20,497 nt of DNA, from assembly GCA_029717555.1 (NCBI GenBank), contig JAMDHS010000089.1, positions 62,001 through 82,497 of the forward strand, read 5' to 3'. The notes beneath the pieces were generated by a model that searched no databases, was not told the origin of the DNA, and worked only from the letters and a program-made list of their open reading frames with translations. Each line of letters opens with the position of its first letter. Position 1 is the stretch's first letter. The translations under genes were made by a program, and so were the position numbers. Of the stretch, positions 19,420 to 20,497 are shown one piece after another. Source of the DNA: Peribolospora baueri. Taxonomy: Eukaryota.

Positions 19420-20268
19420 ATAAGCTGACAAGAGGATGGGCTATTAGGTATATGTAAATTTGTGTCGATAATGGTCGGGCAAACTGGTCAGTAAACTACC
19501 GAATTGGTAATTCTCTTAAGGTCCGCTATTCAAATGAGTTGTCCTCTTTGTCACGCTAACTGTATGGACGTCAAGTAGAGGAGATGGAACTCTGGTGCAT
19601 AACTCTCTTCTTGGCTCTCGCTGCCTGCAAAGCGTCGGCATATGTCCTCTCTAAGGGATCGTGCGAACGCTCATCGTATACACATTCTTCGTCCAAGAGC
19701 GAAGTCTCCGCCTCGGCATCTGGGCACTCTGCATGTTCCTTGGGTACCAACTTGGTCAGGGTCATCGGCGGATTCGTCATCTGGAACCTCAGATGGCCGC
19801 ACGTCTTCTGGACCATTCCTGTTCCTTAGGCATTCACCTCATTGCCATGTTCTTTTCATGCAGGAGACGGCTTTCGACCGCGCACACGCCTATCATCAGT
19901 GGTTTCCCTGCGGGGGTCGTTGTCAAGGGAAACGACTCGGAGAAAGCTCGCGGGACGAGGGCCAGGAAGGAGGGGTATCGAGACTGCGGGGAGCAGGGAC
20001 GACAGACCGGATTGGTACTCCAGTAGGATGAGCTCAACATAAAATAAAACGATTATTAGCTTTCTCAACTGCTCGTCATGTAGGATTCTGTTGTTGGCAT
20101 CAGCTATTAATACTGAAGTACATGCCGACTGTCTTGGCCCTAAGACGGAAGGACGGATCAGAGGACGAAATTAGACTCTATGAACTCGGACAAATGTCCC
20201 TTTTCCTTCCTATTGTCTGACATCGCGATGCATTTTTCAATCTTGGCTATGGTCGGAAACTTGTCCAT

Positions 20269-20497
20269 CTAAGCGTCGCTATAAACCAAGTAATGCAGAG
20301 GCTCGTTCTTGCCGCCGTAATAGTCTTCGTGATACTCTGGGTAGAAGCCAGCGTATTCCCAGTCTAGCAGCGCGGTCACTTTGCCGTCCTTGGCGAGAAT
20401 GTTGGACGCCGAAAAGTCGCCGTGACAGAGAACGATGTCGCACGGCTCGATCTGAATGGCGCCCGATTCCAAGTGGCAAATCAGGCGATCCAGCGGT
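20269..20497 (-). CDS. C-terminal part of an APH-like phosphotransferase (protein kinase-like fold); begins outside the window and may be degenerate
   Basis: IVLCHGDFSASNIL (Brenner HGDxxxxN) and ALLDWEYAGFYPEY. The frame is open to the window edge. The tail after the DWE motif is short. Confidence 0.8.
   Translation of the reverse strand, partial: PLDRLICHLESGAIQIEPCDIVLCHGDFSASNILAKDGKVTALLDWEYAGFYPEYHEDYYGGKNEPLHYLVYSDA

Overview
GC-rich, intron-rich fungal DNA, most consistent with a basidiomycete (short GTGAGT...YAG introns, SSR-rich intergenic DNA). The left ~16 kb is gene-dense. It holds the 5' end of an unknown minus-strand gene, a type II membrane nucleotide pyrophosphatase/phosphodiesterase (9 exons), a long-chain fatty alcohol oxidase ending in a PTS1 (-AKL; 5 exons), a CSC1/OSCA/TMEM63 channel (6 exons, minus) and an amino-acid-type mitochondrial carrier (9 exons). 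Between the oxidase and the channel lies an orphan, frameshifted last exon of a protein kinase next to a Helitron-like 3' end. From ~16.1 kb the window is a mosaic of relics. These are a Ty3/Gypsy chromovirus 3' end (chromodomain, PPT, 3' LTR with a ~100 bp internal inversion that flips its TATA box), a TPR fragment of CHAT-protease type fused to that LTR, a second LTR-like sequence, two separate APH-like kinase pieces, and a clean 299 bp solo LTR of the same family with a 5 bp TSD. Gene models were built by hand from splice sites and protein motifs; no database search was run.
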